From Prochlorococcus marinus subsp. pastoris str. CCMP1986 (GTDB lineage: Bacteria > Cyanobacteriota > Cyanobacteriia > PCC-6307 > Cyanobiaceae), in assembly GCF_000011465.1 (NCBI RefSeq), contig NC_005072.1:240001-272000 (forward strand): 32,000 bases of DNA, read 5' to 3'. The translations under genes were made by a program, and so were the position numbers. The notes under the pieces were generated by a model, which did not search any database, had not been told where the DNA came from, and saw only the letters and a program-made list of their open reading frames with translations. How positions within the stretch are numbered: position 1 is the stretch's first letter; each line of letters begins with the position of its first letter. Below, piece after piece: positions 10,057 to 19,979 of this stretch.

Positions 10057-11637
10057 TCATATTTTGATTAGTGGATTGAATTTATTAACCCCGAATAACT
10101 TGGTTATCGAAAAATAAATAATCAAAAAAGCCAACAATCCTATAACTAATATAAATAGCTCCCAAACGTTCGGATTTAATACATTTATATCCTTGATAAC
10201 TGCATAACAAATTGTGCTTGTAATAGAGCAGGCTAATGAAATAAGAACAAAGTTTTTTAATAAAATAATTTTAGGGATTTTGATTCCATAAGTATTAAAG
10301 TTTGAAGTAAGAAAAATACAAATAATTAAGTTAACTATTCCTGAAGAAAGGATTATACCAATAACACCAAAATTATAAGGAGATAAGTTTCCATAATTAA
10401 TAGTTGGAGCTCCTACTAAAAACCAATCGAAAAAAACATTTAGTATTATTCCAGCGAAAGATAATTGAAAGGGTAACTTTGGTTTCTCAATTGCATAATA
10501 AGCTCTAACTAATAAATCTCTGTAGAGATAAAAGGGAATTCCAGCAGCATAGGCAATTAAAATATTTTTTACTAAAAATACGGCTTCGGAATTAAAAGCA
10601 CCTCTTTGAAAAATAAATTGCACTAATTGATTATTAAATGTGATAAAAAAACCAGTCAAAAAAATAGTTGTTAAAAAACAATATTCTATTCCTGAGATTA
10701 AACTTTTTTCTAAGTTTCTATTCTCTTGCTTACTATTGAATTTTGAAAACTTTGGAAGTAGTGGCAATATCAAAGCGTTTGATAAAACTCCCAGTGGAGC
10801 TTGTATAAGAAAATTACCGTATGCTAATCCCGATGCGGCACCTTGAAAGCTTGAAGCAAAAAACATATCAACAAAAACATTAATTTGCCCTAAACCTGAT
10901 GAAATTGTTGCAGGAGCGATTAATTTGAAGATTCTTTTCTCTTCATTTTTAAATAAATGCCAAGCCGAATTAAATCTAAATAAGCCGATCTTATTGATTT
11001 CCCAGCACTGAATAGCAAATTGTATACAAGTACCTGTTAAGGTCGCTTTGGCCAGTAATCCTGAATAAACCAAATAATTAGAATTTGTATTTTGATGACT
11101 AAAGATCCAACTGGCTGAAATAAATAAAATTGTTGTCAGACTTGTTAAAGCTGGACTTATGCTTGATAAGAAAAATTTATTTCTTGAATTTAAAGCTCCA
11201 AAACTCAACCCTATAAAAGCAGAAAGAGGAATACAAGGAGTTAAGATTTTTAATTGATAAGTTGCGATAGATTTAGCTTCATCACTTAAATTTGGGGCTA
11301 TAAAGTTTATTAGAAAACCTGAATTAAAATATACAACTACTCCTAGAATAAAAAATAACAAAGTCAGTTTAATACTTACTTTTGTTAATACGAGGCCCCC
11401 CTTTCTCCTCTTAAGTGGAGTTAGCACTGCTACAACTGCATTATGTAATGGGCCATTAATTCCACCAATAATAATAAGTAAAAAACCTGGGATTATGTAG
11501 GCGTAGTTATAGGCGTCGTATGTTATTCCAATTCCAAAGGCTGCAGCGATAAATATTTGTCTTATAAAACCCGCAACTTTACTTAGAGATGTGGCAAAAG
11601 AAATTGAAGCTAAATTATTTTTAAAATATGAATGCAT
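10057..11637 (-). CDS. murJ: MurJ/MviN-type lipid II flippase
   Basis: 526 aa, polytopic. Motifs: SFATSLSKVAGFIRQIFIAAAFG, PLHNAVVAVLTPL, GLSFGALNSRNKFFLSSISPALTS, NSALILPLLPKFSK. Confidence 0.94.
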   Translation of the reverse strand: MHSYFKNNLASISFATSLSKVAGFIRQIFIAAAFGIGITYDAYNYAYIIPGFLLIIIGGINGPLHNAVVAVLTPLKRRKGGLVLTKVSIKLTLLFFILGVVVYFNSGFLINFIAPNLSDEAKSIATYQLKILTPCIPLSAFIGLSFGALNSRNKFFLSSISPALTSLTTILFISASWIFSHQNTNSNYLVYSGLLAKATLTGTCIQFAIQCWEINKIGLFRFNSAWHLFKNEEKRIFKLIAPATISSGLGQINVFVDMFFASSFQGAASGLAYGNFLIQAPLGVLSNALILPLLPKFSKFNSKQENRNLEKSLISGIEYCFLTTIFLTGFFITFNNQLVQFIFQRGAFNSEAVFLVKNILIAYAAGIPFYLYRDLLVRAYYAIEKPKLPFQLSFAGIILNVFFDWFLVGAPTINYGNLSPYNFGVIGIILSSGIVNLIICIFLTSNFNTYGIKIPKIILLKNFVLISLACSITSTICYAVIKDINVLNPNVWELFILVIGLLAFLIIYFSITKLFGVNKFNPLIKI

Positions 11638-11710
11638 TTGATATTGAGTTAAATCTTTTCAAGAAGATTTAGATTCCATTATATTTTGTTTCTAATCTAG
11701 TTCACACTTT

Positions 11711-12457
11711 ATGAATGATCGAATAATTGAATTTGAACCATTAATTGAAGGTATTTTAATTAAAAGATATAAAAGATTTCTCGCTGATATTCAGATTGAA
11801 AATGGAGAAATAGTTACTGCCCATTGTGCTAATACAGGCCCGATGAAGGGTCTTTTAAACGAAGGAGCTAACGTAAGAATTAGCTTCTCTTCATCAACTA
11901 AAAGAAAGCTACCTTGGACTTGGGAACAAGTAAAAGTAATAGGAAGAGATAACAAAGAGGTATGGGTTGGGATAAATACATTATTTGCAAATAAACTGAT
12001 TAGAAAAGTTATTGAACAAAACCTATTCAAAGATAAACTCGGGGAGATAGCTAAAATCAAGTCTGAAGTACCTTATGGCAAAGATAAAAAAAGTAGAATT
12101 GATTTTCTTTTAACTCCAAAATCTTCAAATCCTGATAATCGTAACATTTATGTTGAGGTTAAAAATACTACTTGGACAAAAAATAATGTAGCTCTTTTCC
12201 CTGATACGGAGACTAAAAGAGGACAAAAACATTTAATAGAATTAAAAGGCTTAATTCCTGAAAGTAAAAGTGTTTTAGTTCCTTGCATTACAAGAAAAGA
12301 TATAGATTATTTTGCCCCTGGAGATGAATCAGATCCATTGTATGGAGAGCTTTTTCGAGAATCAATTAGTGCAGGTATGTTACTAATTCCATGCTGTTTT
12401 GAGTTTCATTCAGATCATGTAGCTTGGAAAGGATTTAAACCCTTAAAATTAAATTAA
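11711..12457 (+). CDS. sfsA: SfsA (sugar fermentation stimulation protein homolog, DNA-binding/nuclease-like)
   Basis: [71 protein letters not shown]. Confidence 0.94.
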   Translation: MNDRIIEFEPLIEGILIKRYKRFLADIQIENGEIVTAHCANTGPMKGLLNEGANVRISFSSSTKRKLPWTWEQVKVIGRDNKEVWVGINTLFANKLIRKVIEQNLFKDKLGEIAKIKSEVPYGKDKKSRIDFLLTPKSSNPDNRNIYVEVKNTTWTKNNVALFPDTETKRGQKHLIELKGLIPESKSVLVPCITRKDIDYFAPGDESDPLYGELFRESISAGMLLIPCCFEFHSDHVAWKGFKPLKLN

Positions 12458-12534
12458 TTTTTTGGGATTTTAAGTTGATTTAGAAAAAATACCTCAATTT
12501 AACAAAGATTATTTGGTATACAACAATTAAATTG

Positions 12535-12548
12535 GTATAAACGACTAC
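12535..12548 (+). promoter_or_regulatory. Candidate NtcA binding site upstream of amt
   Basis: Exact match to GTA-N8-TAC (GTA TAAACGAC TAC), located 84 bp upstream of the ATG at 12632. Confidence 0.65.
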
Positions 12549-12590
12549 TAGACATACATAAGTTTTCTGAGCAAAATTATATATGAAAGG

Positions 12591-12612
12591 AAACAGGACC
12601 TCCTGTTTTTTT
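12591..12612 (+). terminator. Terminator-like hairpin in the amt 5' leader (possible attenuator or end of a short leader RNA)
   Basis: AAACAGG-ACCT-CCTGTTT (7-bp stem, 4-nt loop), with a run of seven T's spanning the 3' end of the stem and beyond (12606-12612). It ends 19 nt before the ATG at 12632. Confidence 0.55.
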
Positions 12613-12631
12613 GCAGACTAATTTTTTATTT

Positions 12632-14092
12632 ATGACCACTGCTTTGCAAACGCCTCAAAGGCGCTCTAGGTCCAAACTTCAAGATGCAAGTCTTGTAAAC
12701 GGACCTATGCTCCTTTTGAGGAGTATTCGTGGGTTCAGTTCAAACCGCTCAATGTTGTGGCTTGCAACTGTCCCTCTAGCTTTGTTTGGTTTAGGTATTT
12801 TTAATCTTTCAGCTCACGCAGCTGATTTACCTGAGTTGAATGCAGCTTTTCTAGCTAACAATTTATGGCTTTTGATCGCTACTATTTTAGTGATCTTCAT
12901 GAACGCCGGTTTCGCTATGGTTGAAGCGGGTATGTGTCGGTCTAAAAACGCCGTCAACATTCTTGCTAAAAACCTTTTCGTATTTGCTTTAGCTGTAACC
13001 TCTTATTGGTTTATTGGCTACTCATTAATGTACGGAGGAAGTGTTGCTGACGGATGGCTATATTTTGGAGGCTTATTTTTTGATCCGACAGTAACAGCCG
13101 ATATGGTTACTGATGCTGGATTAGTTCCAACAGTTGATTTCTTATTCCAGTCTGCTTTTGCAGGTACTGCAGCAACTATCGTTTCTGGTCTTGTTGCTGA
13201 AAGAGTTAAATTTGGTGAATTTGTTGTTTTTGCGATTGTATTAACAGCATTTATTTATCCAATTGCTGGTAGCTGGAAATGGAATGGTGGCTGGCTTGAT
13301 TCTCTTGGTTTCGTTGACTTTGCAGGTTCTTCAATTGTTCACTCAGTTGGAGCATGGGCAGGTTTAGTGGGGGCTATGCTCCTAGGACCAAGAATCGGTA
13401 AATACTCCGATGGAAAGCCACAGGCTATGCCTGGTCACAATATGGCTATTGCTACTTTAGGCGCTTTAATTCTATGGATAGGTTGGTACGGATTTAATCC
13501 TGGTTCTCAACTTGCTATGGATCAATGGGTTCCATATGTTGCTGTAACGACTACTCTTGCAGCTGCAGCTGGTGCTATTGGAGCAACTATTGTTTCTACT
13601 TTAACTTCCGGAAAGCCAGATCTTACTATGATCATTAATGGTATTCTTGCTGGTTTGGTAAGTATTACTGCAGGTTGTGGTGACATGACTCTTGCGGGAG
13701 CTTGGTTCGCTGGACTAGTTGGCGGTATTATCGTTGTATTCTCCGTTGCAGCACTTGATGCAGCTGAAATTGACGATCCTGTTGGTGCATTCTCTGTTCA
13801 CGGAGTTTGTGGTGTATGGGGTACCCTAGTTATTGGTCTTTGGGGAACTGCAGTTCAAGGAGATGGAGCAGGTATGGGATTGTTCAATGGTGGTGGTATT
13901 AATCTACTTCTTGTTCAAGCTCTTGGTGCCGCGGCTTATGCTATCTGGACACTAGTTACTTGCTGGATCGCTTGGTCTATTATCGGAGGTTTATTCGGAG
14001 GAATCCGTGTATCTGAGGAAGAAGAGACTCAAGGTTTAGATATTTCTGAGCATGGTATGGAATCATATCCAGACTTTGCATCTGCTAAATAA
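12632..14092 (+). CDS. amt: Ammonium transporter (Amt family)
   Basis: MEAGMCRSKNAVNILAKNLFVF, GWKWNGGW-type loops, GTLVIGLWGTAV. The likely start is the ATG at 12632 (MTTALQTPQRR...), since the ORF-track TTG at 12611 lies in the hairpin T-run. Signal-like segment LWLATVPLALFGLGIFNLSAHAAD. Confidence 0.96.
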   Translation: MTTALQTPQRRSRSKLQDASLVNGPMLLLRSIRGFSSNRSMLWLATVPLALFGLGIFNLSAHAADLPELNAAFLANNLWLLIATILVIFMNAGFAMVEAGMCRSKNAVNILAKNLFVFALAVTSYWFIGYSLMYGGSVADGWLYFGGLFFDPTVTADMVTDAGLVPTVDFLFQSAFAGTAATIVSGLVAERVKFGEFVVFAIVLTAFIYPIAGSWKWNGGWLDSLGFVDFAGSSIVHSVGAWAGLVGAMLLGPRIGKYSDGKPQAMPGHNMAIATLGALILWIGWYGFNPGSQLAMDQWVPYVAVTTTLAAAAGAIGATIVSTLTSGKPDLTMIINGILAGLVSITAGCGDMTLAGAWFAGLVGGIIVVFSVAALDAAEIDDPVGAFSVHGVCGVWGTLVIGLWGTAVQGDGAGMGLFNGGGINLLLVQALGAAAYAIWTLVTCWIAWSIIGGLFGGIRVSEEEETQGLDISEHGMESYPDFASAK

Positions 14093-14113
14093 ACTAAATT
14101 TAAGTAAATTCAA

Positions 14114-14145
14114 GAAATCTGACTTATGTCAGGTTTCTTTTTTTT
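14114..14145 (+). terminator. Rho-independent terminator downstream of amt
   Basis: GAAATCTGAC-TTAT-GTCAGGTTTC forms a 10-bp stem (one G-U pair) with a 4-nt loop, followed by TTTTTTTT. Confidence 0.9.
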
Positions 14146-14181
14146 GCAATAAATTATTAAAAATGTTGTAATATCAAAAAT

Positions 14182-15378
14182 ATGGACACTCAAGCTTTTA
14201 GAAGATCTCTTCATCATTCGGACAGATATAACCGAAGAGGTTTTGACTCTCCTACTAAAAGAGCCCAAGCTTTAGAAGAAGCTTACCAAAGTGATTTAAT
14301 TACCTCAATTAGAAATAATAGTTTTACATATAAAAAAGGGAGATTAAATATAAAATTAGCCCAGGCATTTGGTTTTTGTTGGGGAGTTGAAAGAGCTGTT
14401 GCAATGGCCTATGAAACTAGAAGACATTATCCTGATGAGAATATTTGGATAACAAACGAAATAATTCATAATCCCTCAGTTAATGATCATTTAAGAAAAA
14501 TGAATGTTAAATTCATTTCAGCAAAAAATGGCATTAAGGATTTTTCTTTGGTTTCAGATGGAGATGTGGTTATCTTGCCAGCTTTTGGTGCTACTGTTCA
14601 AGAAATGAAACTTCTTCATGAAAAAGGTTGTCATATTATTGATACAACGTGCCCTTGGGTTTCAAAGGTGTGGCATACGGTAGAAAAACATAAAAAACAT
14701 ACTTTTACCTCTATAATCCACGGTAAATTTAAGCATGAAGAAACTCTTGCCACTAGTTCATTTGCGGATAAATATCTTGTAGTGCTTAATCTTGAGGAGG
14801 CAAATTATGTCTCAGAATATATTCTTGGTAGAGGCAATAAAAATCATTTTCTTAATAAATTTGCTCAGGCTTTTTCCAATGGATTTGATCCAGATAAAGA
14901 TTTAGATAGAGTTGGAGTTGCTAATCAAACAACAATGTTAAAAAGCGAAACAGAGGAGATAGGAAAAGTTTTTGAAAAAACGATGCTTCATAAATTTGGT
15001 CCAGAAAAATTAAATAGTCACTTTTTAGCTTTCAATACTATCTGTGATGCTACAGAAGAAAGACAAGATGCGATGTTTTCATTAGTTGATGAAGATTTAG
15101 ATATCCTTGTGGTAATTGGTGGATACAATTCTTCAAATACAACTCACTTGCAAGAGATAGCTATAAATAAAAATATTTCTTCTTTTCATATTGATACACC
15201 TGAAAGGATTTCAGTTAAGGAAAATTCTATTCTCCATAAACCACTTAAATCTGAAATGGTTTTGAAAAAGAATTTTATTCCTGATGGAGAAATTAAAGTA
15301 GGTATTACTTCTGGAGCTTCTACTCCAGATAAGATAGTCGCTGATGTTATTGAAAAGTTAATTGCTATTACTAAGTAA
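14182..15378 (+). CDS. ispH: 4-hydroxy-3-methylbut-2-enyl diphosphate reductase
   Basis: [51 protein letters not shown]. Cyanobacterial-length IspH/LytB. Confidence 0.97.
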   Translation: MDTQAFRRSLHHSDRYNRRGFDSPTKRAQALEEAYQSDLITSIRNNSFTYKKGRLNIKLAQAFGFCWGVERAVAMAYETRRHYPDENIWITNEIIHNPSVNDHLRKMNVKFISAKNGIKDFSLVSDGDVVILPAFGATVQEMKLLHEKGCHIIDTTCPWVSKVWHTVEKHKKHTFTSIIHGKFKHEETLATSSFADKYLVVLNLEEANYVSEYILGRGNKNHFLNKFAQAFSNGFDPDKDLDRVGVANQTTMLKSETEEIGKVFEKTMLHKFGPEKLNSHFLAFNTICDATEERQDAMFSLVDEDLDILVVIGGYNSSNTTHLQEIAINKNISSFHIDTPERISVKENSILHKPLKSEMVLKKNFIPDGEIKVGITSGASTPDKIVADVIEKLIAITK

Positions 15379-15472
15379 ATATTAATTTTTCTGCTTAATT
15401 TTTAACTTTATTAAATACATATCACCTAAAGATCTACGTTATTATCTAGAATAATTAAAAATAATTTGAAGA

Positions 15473-16033
15473 ATGGAAGACACAACACAATCTAATCGAG
15501 ATCAAACAGCCAAAATGAATGCTTCAAAGCCTCCTCAAAAGGTGGAAGTTGTTGTAGCTAATCCCTCTACAAGTTCAGAGGTCAATATATTAGGCGAATT
15601 ATCTATATTTATTTTAAGGATCGGTTTTAGTGTTTTGATGATTCATCATGGCTTGGAGAAGCTTCAAGATCCTCAAGGCTTTGGTGAGTTTGTTGTAGGC
15701 AAATATTTCCCATTCTTACCAGGCGACCCTGTCCTTTGGACATATGGAGCAGCTATTACTCAATTAGTATGCCCATTAGGATTAGCATTAGGAGTTTTTG
15801 CAAGACTTAGCTCTCTCGGACTTTTCTCCACGATGGCATTTGCTGTTTATTTTCACCTCTTAGATACTGGCCTAGAAGGGTTCCCATTAGCAGTGGTTGA
15901 GGGTCATAACTATGCTTTTGAGCTTTCTTTCATATACGGGGCTATCTCTCTTTACTTTTTATGTGCCGGACCAGGAAGGTTGGCGCTTCTTCGTAAAACA
16001 AACAAAATCACTTATTATCCAAAAACAAATTGA
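15473..16033 (+). CDS. DoxX family membrane protein
   Basis: SIFILRIGFSVLMIHHGLEKLQDPQGFGEFVVGKYFPFLPG and several TM helices typical of DoxX. Confidence 0.85.
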   Translation: MEDTTQSNRDQTAKMNASKPPQKVEVVVANPSTSSEVNILGELSIFILRIGFSVLMIHHGLEKLQDPQGFGEFVVGKYFPFLPGDPVLWTYGAAITQLVCPLGLALGVFARLSSLGLFSTMAFAVYFHLLDTGLEGFPLAVVEGHNYAFELSFIYGAISLYFLCAGPGRLALLRKTNKITYYPKTN

Positions 16034-16034
16034 T

Positions 16035-17588
16035 TTAGTGTAGAAAATGTCTCTTGTTTGTAAATACCATAGAAATACCCTTTAAATTGCACATTTCAAT
16101 ACTTTCTTCATCCCTTATACTTCCTCCAGGCTGAATAATTGAGTTTATTCCATATTCATTAGCAAGCTCTACTGTATCTGCGAATGGGAAGAATCCATCG
16201 CTTGCTAAAACCCCTCCGTAACCATTTTCCTTCGCAGCTTGTAAAGCTATTTTTGAAGCTCCAACCCTGTTCATTTGTCCAGCTCCGATGCCAAGAGTTT
16301 GTTGGTCTTTTGCAATAACAATGGCATTTGATTTAATGTGTTTGCAAATTTTCCAGGCAAAACTCAAATCTAAATAGTCCTGAGTACTTGGAAATTTTTT
16401 CGTAACTGTAATCCAACTTTCAGTTTTTTCTTCAATATTATCAGTGTCTTGAACGAGTAATCCTCCCATTATTGATTTAGTTGAAGTTTGGTTCTTATTT
16501 GGGATTTGATCTTTTGAAAACTTTAAAATTCTTAAATTCTTTTTGATTTTTAAAATTTCTAAAGCCTCTGGATCAAAAGATGGAGCTACGACACATTCTA
16601 AAAAAATATCTTTGAGGTTAATTGCGGTTTCACTATCCACATTTGAATTAAAAGCAACTATTCCTCCAAATGCACTAACTGAGTCACATTTCAAAGCGTT
16701 CAAAAATGCTTGAGAGGCTGAATTACCTATAGAAGCACCACAAGGATTATTGTGTTTTAAAATGACAGATGCAAACGTCTCTGTTGTAAGTTCATCTTTT
16801 TCTTCATAGCCAAATTCTAAAACCGTTGAAAGTGCCGACTCAAGATCTAATAGATTGTTATAACTTAACTCTTTCCCTTGTAACTGTTCTGCTGAGTTCC
16901 ATCCAATATTATTTAAACCATACCAAAAAGCTTTTTGATGAGGATTTTCCCCATATCTTAAGGTTTTGATTAGTGGATAAGATTCAATATATTTGGAAGA
17001 TTGTAAACCTCTTTCTTTTCTTATCCAATTAGATATCGCAGTGTCATAGTCAGCTGTATGTTGAAAAGCTTCAAGTGCTAATTTTGCTTTATATGTTTCT
17101 TTTAACTCCCCTTTTTTACTTTCTTCAATAAATTCTTGATATTGACTAGGATCGACTAAAACGGAAACGTCTTTATGATTTTTAGCCGCAGAACGAATCA
17201 TTGATGGTCCTCCGATATCAATATTTTCAATAGCATCTTCCCATTTAGATCCCTTTTCAACAGTTTTCTTAAAAGGATATAAATTGACAACTACTAATTC
17301 AATTAGTTCAAGATCGTAAGCTTCTATATCTTTTTTATGTTCCTCATCTGTTCTTTTAGCTAATATTCCTCCGTGGATTTTCGGATGTAAAGTTTTAACT
17401 CTTCCTCCAAGTATTTCTGGAGAATTAGTAAAATCTGCGACTTTAATAACTGGAATTTTTGCCTCCATTAGATGTTTAGCAGTACCTCCACTTGATAGAA
17501 TTTTATAATTAAATTTTTCTACCAATTCTGTACAAAATGGAATTATATTTTTTTTATCGGAGACACTTACTAGGGCTAATGGTGACAT
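16035..17588 (-). CDS. purH: Bifunctional AICAR formyltransferase / IMP cyclohydrolase
   Basis: ALVSVSDKKNIIPF, LGGRVKTLHPKIHGGIL, KHNNPCGAS, GAGQMNRVGASKIA, ASDGFFPFADTVELA. Confidence 0.98.
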   Translation of the reverse strand: MSPLALVSVSDKKNIIPFCTELVEKFNYKILSSGGTAKHLMEAKIPVIKVADFTNSPEILGGRVKTLHPKIHGGILAKRTDEEHKKDIEAYDLELIELVVVNLYPFKKTVEKGSKWEDAIENIDIGGPSMIRSAAKNHKDVSVLVDPSQYQEFIEESKKGELKETYKAKLALEAFQHTADYDTAISNWIRKERGLQSSKYIESYPLIKTLRYGENPHQKAFWYGLNNIGWNSAEQLQGKELSYNNLLDLESALSTVLEFGYEEKDELTTETFASVILKHNNPCGASIGNSASQAFLNALKCDSVSAFGGIVAFNSNVDSETAINLKDIFLECVVAPSFDPEALEILKIKKNLRILKFSKDQIPNKNQTSTKSIMGGLLVQDTDNIEEKTESWITVTKKFPSTQDYLDLSFAWKICKHIKSNAIVIAKDQQTLGIGAGQMNRVGASKIALQAAKENGYGGVLASDGFFPFADTVELANEYGINSIIQPGGSIRDEESIEMCNLKGISMVFTNKRHFLH

Positions 17589-17621
17589 TATTGAAAAGTT
17601 AACTTACTTAAGAATATAAAC

Positions 17622-18239
17622 ATGAAATATGATATTGATCATGAATTTGTCGGGATTAGTTCTCAAACCGCAACTCATAGAATAATTTTGCTACATGGCT
17701 GGGGAGCTGATGCAGATGACCTTTTAACACTTGGAAAGGAGATTATAGAAAAAATAAATCTTGATTTTGAGGTAATTTCTTTGAGGGCTTCTGGATTACA
17801 TCCAAGTGGTCTGGGAAGACAGTGGTATCAATTATATCCACATGATTGGGAGGGGGCTGAGGTTGAAGTAAATAAACTTTTAGATACATTAAAGAAATTT
17901 GATACTGATCAGATTTCAATAGAAAAAACAATTTTGTTGGGTTTTTCTCAGGGAGCAGCTATGGCAATTGATGCAGGATTTAAATTAAGGTTAGGACTAA
18001 TTGTTGCTTGTAGTGGTTATCCCCACCCAAACTGGGCTCCAGGAGAAAAATGCCCACCACTAATTGTTAGTCATGGTTTATTTGATGAAGTGGTACCTAT
18101 AGATGCTTCAAGAATTATTCATGAAATGGTAAGAAGTAAGTCTTCTAAATTTTGCGAATTAATAGAATTTGATGGATCCCATCAAATTGATTCAGGTTTA
18201 ATTGATTTTATAAGTTCAAATATAAATAATTTTTTTTAA
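17622..18239 (+). CDS. Phospholipase/carboxylesterase family alpha/beta hydrolase
   Basis: LLHGWGADADDLLTLGKE, GFSQGAAMAIDAG (nucleophile elbow GFSQG), HGLFDEVVPID, DGSHQI. Confidence 0.88.
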   Translation: MKYDIDHEFVGISSQTATHRIILLHGWGADADDLLTLGKEIIEKINLDFEVISLRASGLHPSGLGRQWYQLYPHDWEGAEVEVNKLLDTLKKFDTDQISIEKTILLGFSQGAAMAIDAGFKLRLGLIVACSGYPHPNWAPGEKCPPLIVSHGLFDEVVPIDASRIIHEMVRSKSSKFCELIEFDGSHQIDSGLIDFISSNINNFF

Positions 18240-18619
18240 ACGAAAGCATATTCGTATTCTTCAATCTCTTCCCAATCATCTGCAGTAAGTTCTAGACCTT
18301 CAAATATTTTTTCTTCACCAATTCCCTCAACTACGACTTTTAGTGATGGAAATAGAAAATGATTTTCTTCAGCATATTGGGCGCTAAATAAACCTTTTTG
18401 ACCCCAAAAAAACCTATCAGTGGTATGTTCATTTCTTCGAACATTGAAAACTGAAGGGGCAGACAAAGCATTTTCAGCTATAAATCTTCTAGCAGCTGTA
18501 ACTGGTTTATGTTTGCCAGTTTCGATATGATAAATAGGTACATGTGCCATTACTCTTTGGCCAGCCAACCTTCTTCTGCTGATTCTTTTTCTCTTTTTTG
18601 ACATTGATTGGTACTCCAA
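18236..18619 (-). CDS. DUF3155 family protein
   Basis: Basic N-terminus MSKKRKRISRRRLAGQRVMAHVPIYHIETGKHKPVTAARRFI, as in cyanobacterial DUF3155. The first start in the track (MEYQ) may be upstream of the true one. Confidence 0.75.
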   Translation of the reverse strand: MEYQSMSKKRKRISRRRLAGQRVMAHVPIYHIETGKHKPVTAARRFIAENALSAPSVFNVRRNEHTTDRFFWGQKGLFSAQYAEENHFLFPSLKVVVEGIGEEKIFEGLELTADDWEEIEEYEYAFV

Positions 18620-18842
18620 GAATTATAAATGAGATTAGTCTTATTTATTTTTACTAATCTTATATCTGTGATTTTGAATTCACTTAAATTACATAGAGGA
18701 CCCATCAACCCCTGATGTAGCTTAAAATATGATTAAATATTCATATTTAAGGCTGGCTAAAGTCAGACCTCTTTATATATCTTAATACTTTTTTCATATT
18801 TTACAAGTCCTTTTTCAGATTTTTTTTTAAATTTCACTAATT

Positions 18843-19979
18843 ATGAAGCTCTCAAAAAAATTTGAAGAATTAATCATAAAACAGCTAGAGAGCTTTGGTT
18901 GCTCAATGGGCGTGACTCATTTGGTTATGTATCTTGCTTCAACGGAGCAAGGAACTAAAGCATCATTTGAAATGATTGGTCAATGGCCACAAATCGATAG
19001 GCTTCTGGTATCAGTAGAAGATGATCCTTCACTAAAAGTATCTTCTCCTAATAGAAGATGGTACCCGCTTCAAGAAAACGATATCCTACTTGGTGTCCTT
19101 AGGGTAGAAACTGATTTAAAAGAAGGGAATTGGCCAGTATCTCTTGACTCTAGATTAAAAGCACTTTCACTATCTTTAGCTAAATGCGTTTCTATCGAAT
19201 TAGAACGTCAAAATAAAAATGAAGAAATTAATTATTTAAAAAGTCAGGTCAATGTCATAATCCATCAATTGAGAAATCCATTGGCTGCTCTTAGGACATA
19301 TGCAAAATTACTAATAAAAAGACTTGGTTCAGATGTTGACTCTATTGAAATAGTTGAACGCATGATAATAGAGCAAAAACAAATTAATAATTATATGGAC
19401 TCTTTTGCGCAATTAAATTCACCTATTCAACTCCCTCTAGACATTGGAGAGGAAAGATTATTATTACCACCAAATTTAGATAACAAAAAGCTAATAACTG
19501 TTCAGAGTTTATTGAGGCCAATTTTAGAAAGGGGTCAAGCTAATGCGAACTTAGAGAATAGAGATTGGACAGAACCTTCTCTTTGGCCAGATTGGACTTT
19601 ATCGCCATTAAAGGCTAAATATGCTGTAATTGCCGAAATTGTGGCTAATTTATTAGAAAATGCGTTTAAATACGCCCACAAAGATGCTGAGATTGGAGTC
19701 GCCATTATGAGTAAAGGTCTGTGCATATTTGATGATGGTAAAAAAATAACCAAAATTGAAAATGAGAAAATTTTTCAAAAAGGCTTTCGAGGATCTGCGG
19801 CTAAGAAGAAGGATGGTACTGGTGTTGGACTTTTTTTAGCGAGGAAATTAGCAAAACAAATTGGAGGAGAGTTGAGATTGCTTGAAAACTCCTCAATTAA
19901 TGATGTAGAGGAATTAAAAAGTTTTAAGAAGAAGAATATTTTCTATTTAGAACTTCCTATAAAAGAATTGCATTCATAA
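18843..19979 (+). CDS. Soluble sensor histidine kinase
   Basis: H-box VIIHQLRNPLAALRTYAKLL, N-box EIVANLLENAFKYA, G2 box GTGVGLFLARKLAKQIGGEL. No TM segment; the N-terminal region is a possible GAF-like sensor. Confidence 0.88.
   Translation: MKLSKKFEELIIKQLESFGCSMGVTHLVMYLASTEQGTKASFEMIGQWPQIDRLLVSVEDDPSLKVSSPNRRWYPLQENDILLGVLRVETDLKEGNWPVSLDSRLKALSLSLAKCVSIELERQNKNEEINYLKSQVNVIIHQLRNPLAALRTYAKLLIKRLGSDVDSIEIVERMIIEQKQINNYMDSFAQLNSPIQLPLDIGEERLLLPPNLDNKKLITVQSLLRPILERGQANANLENRDWTEPSLWPDWTLSPLKAKYAVIAEIVANLLENAFKYAHKDAEIGVAIMSKGLCIFDDGKKITKIENEKIFQKGFRGSAAKKKDGTGVGLFLARKLAKQIGGELRLLENSSINDVEELKSFKKKNIFYLELPIKELHS

Noticed and set aside
12611-12631. ORF-track amt start at TTG 12611 (MQTNFLF extension)
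   Set aside because: It falls within the T-run after the leader hairpin. The ATG at 12632 gives a more plausible N-terminus.
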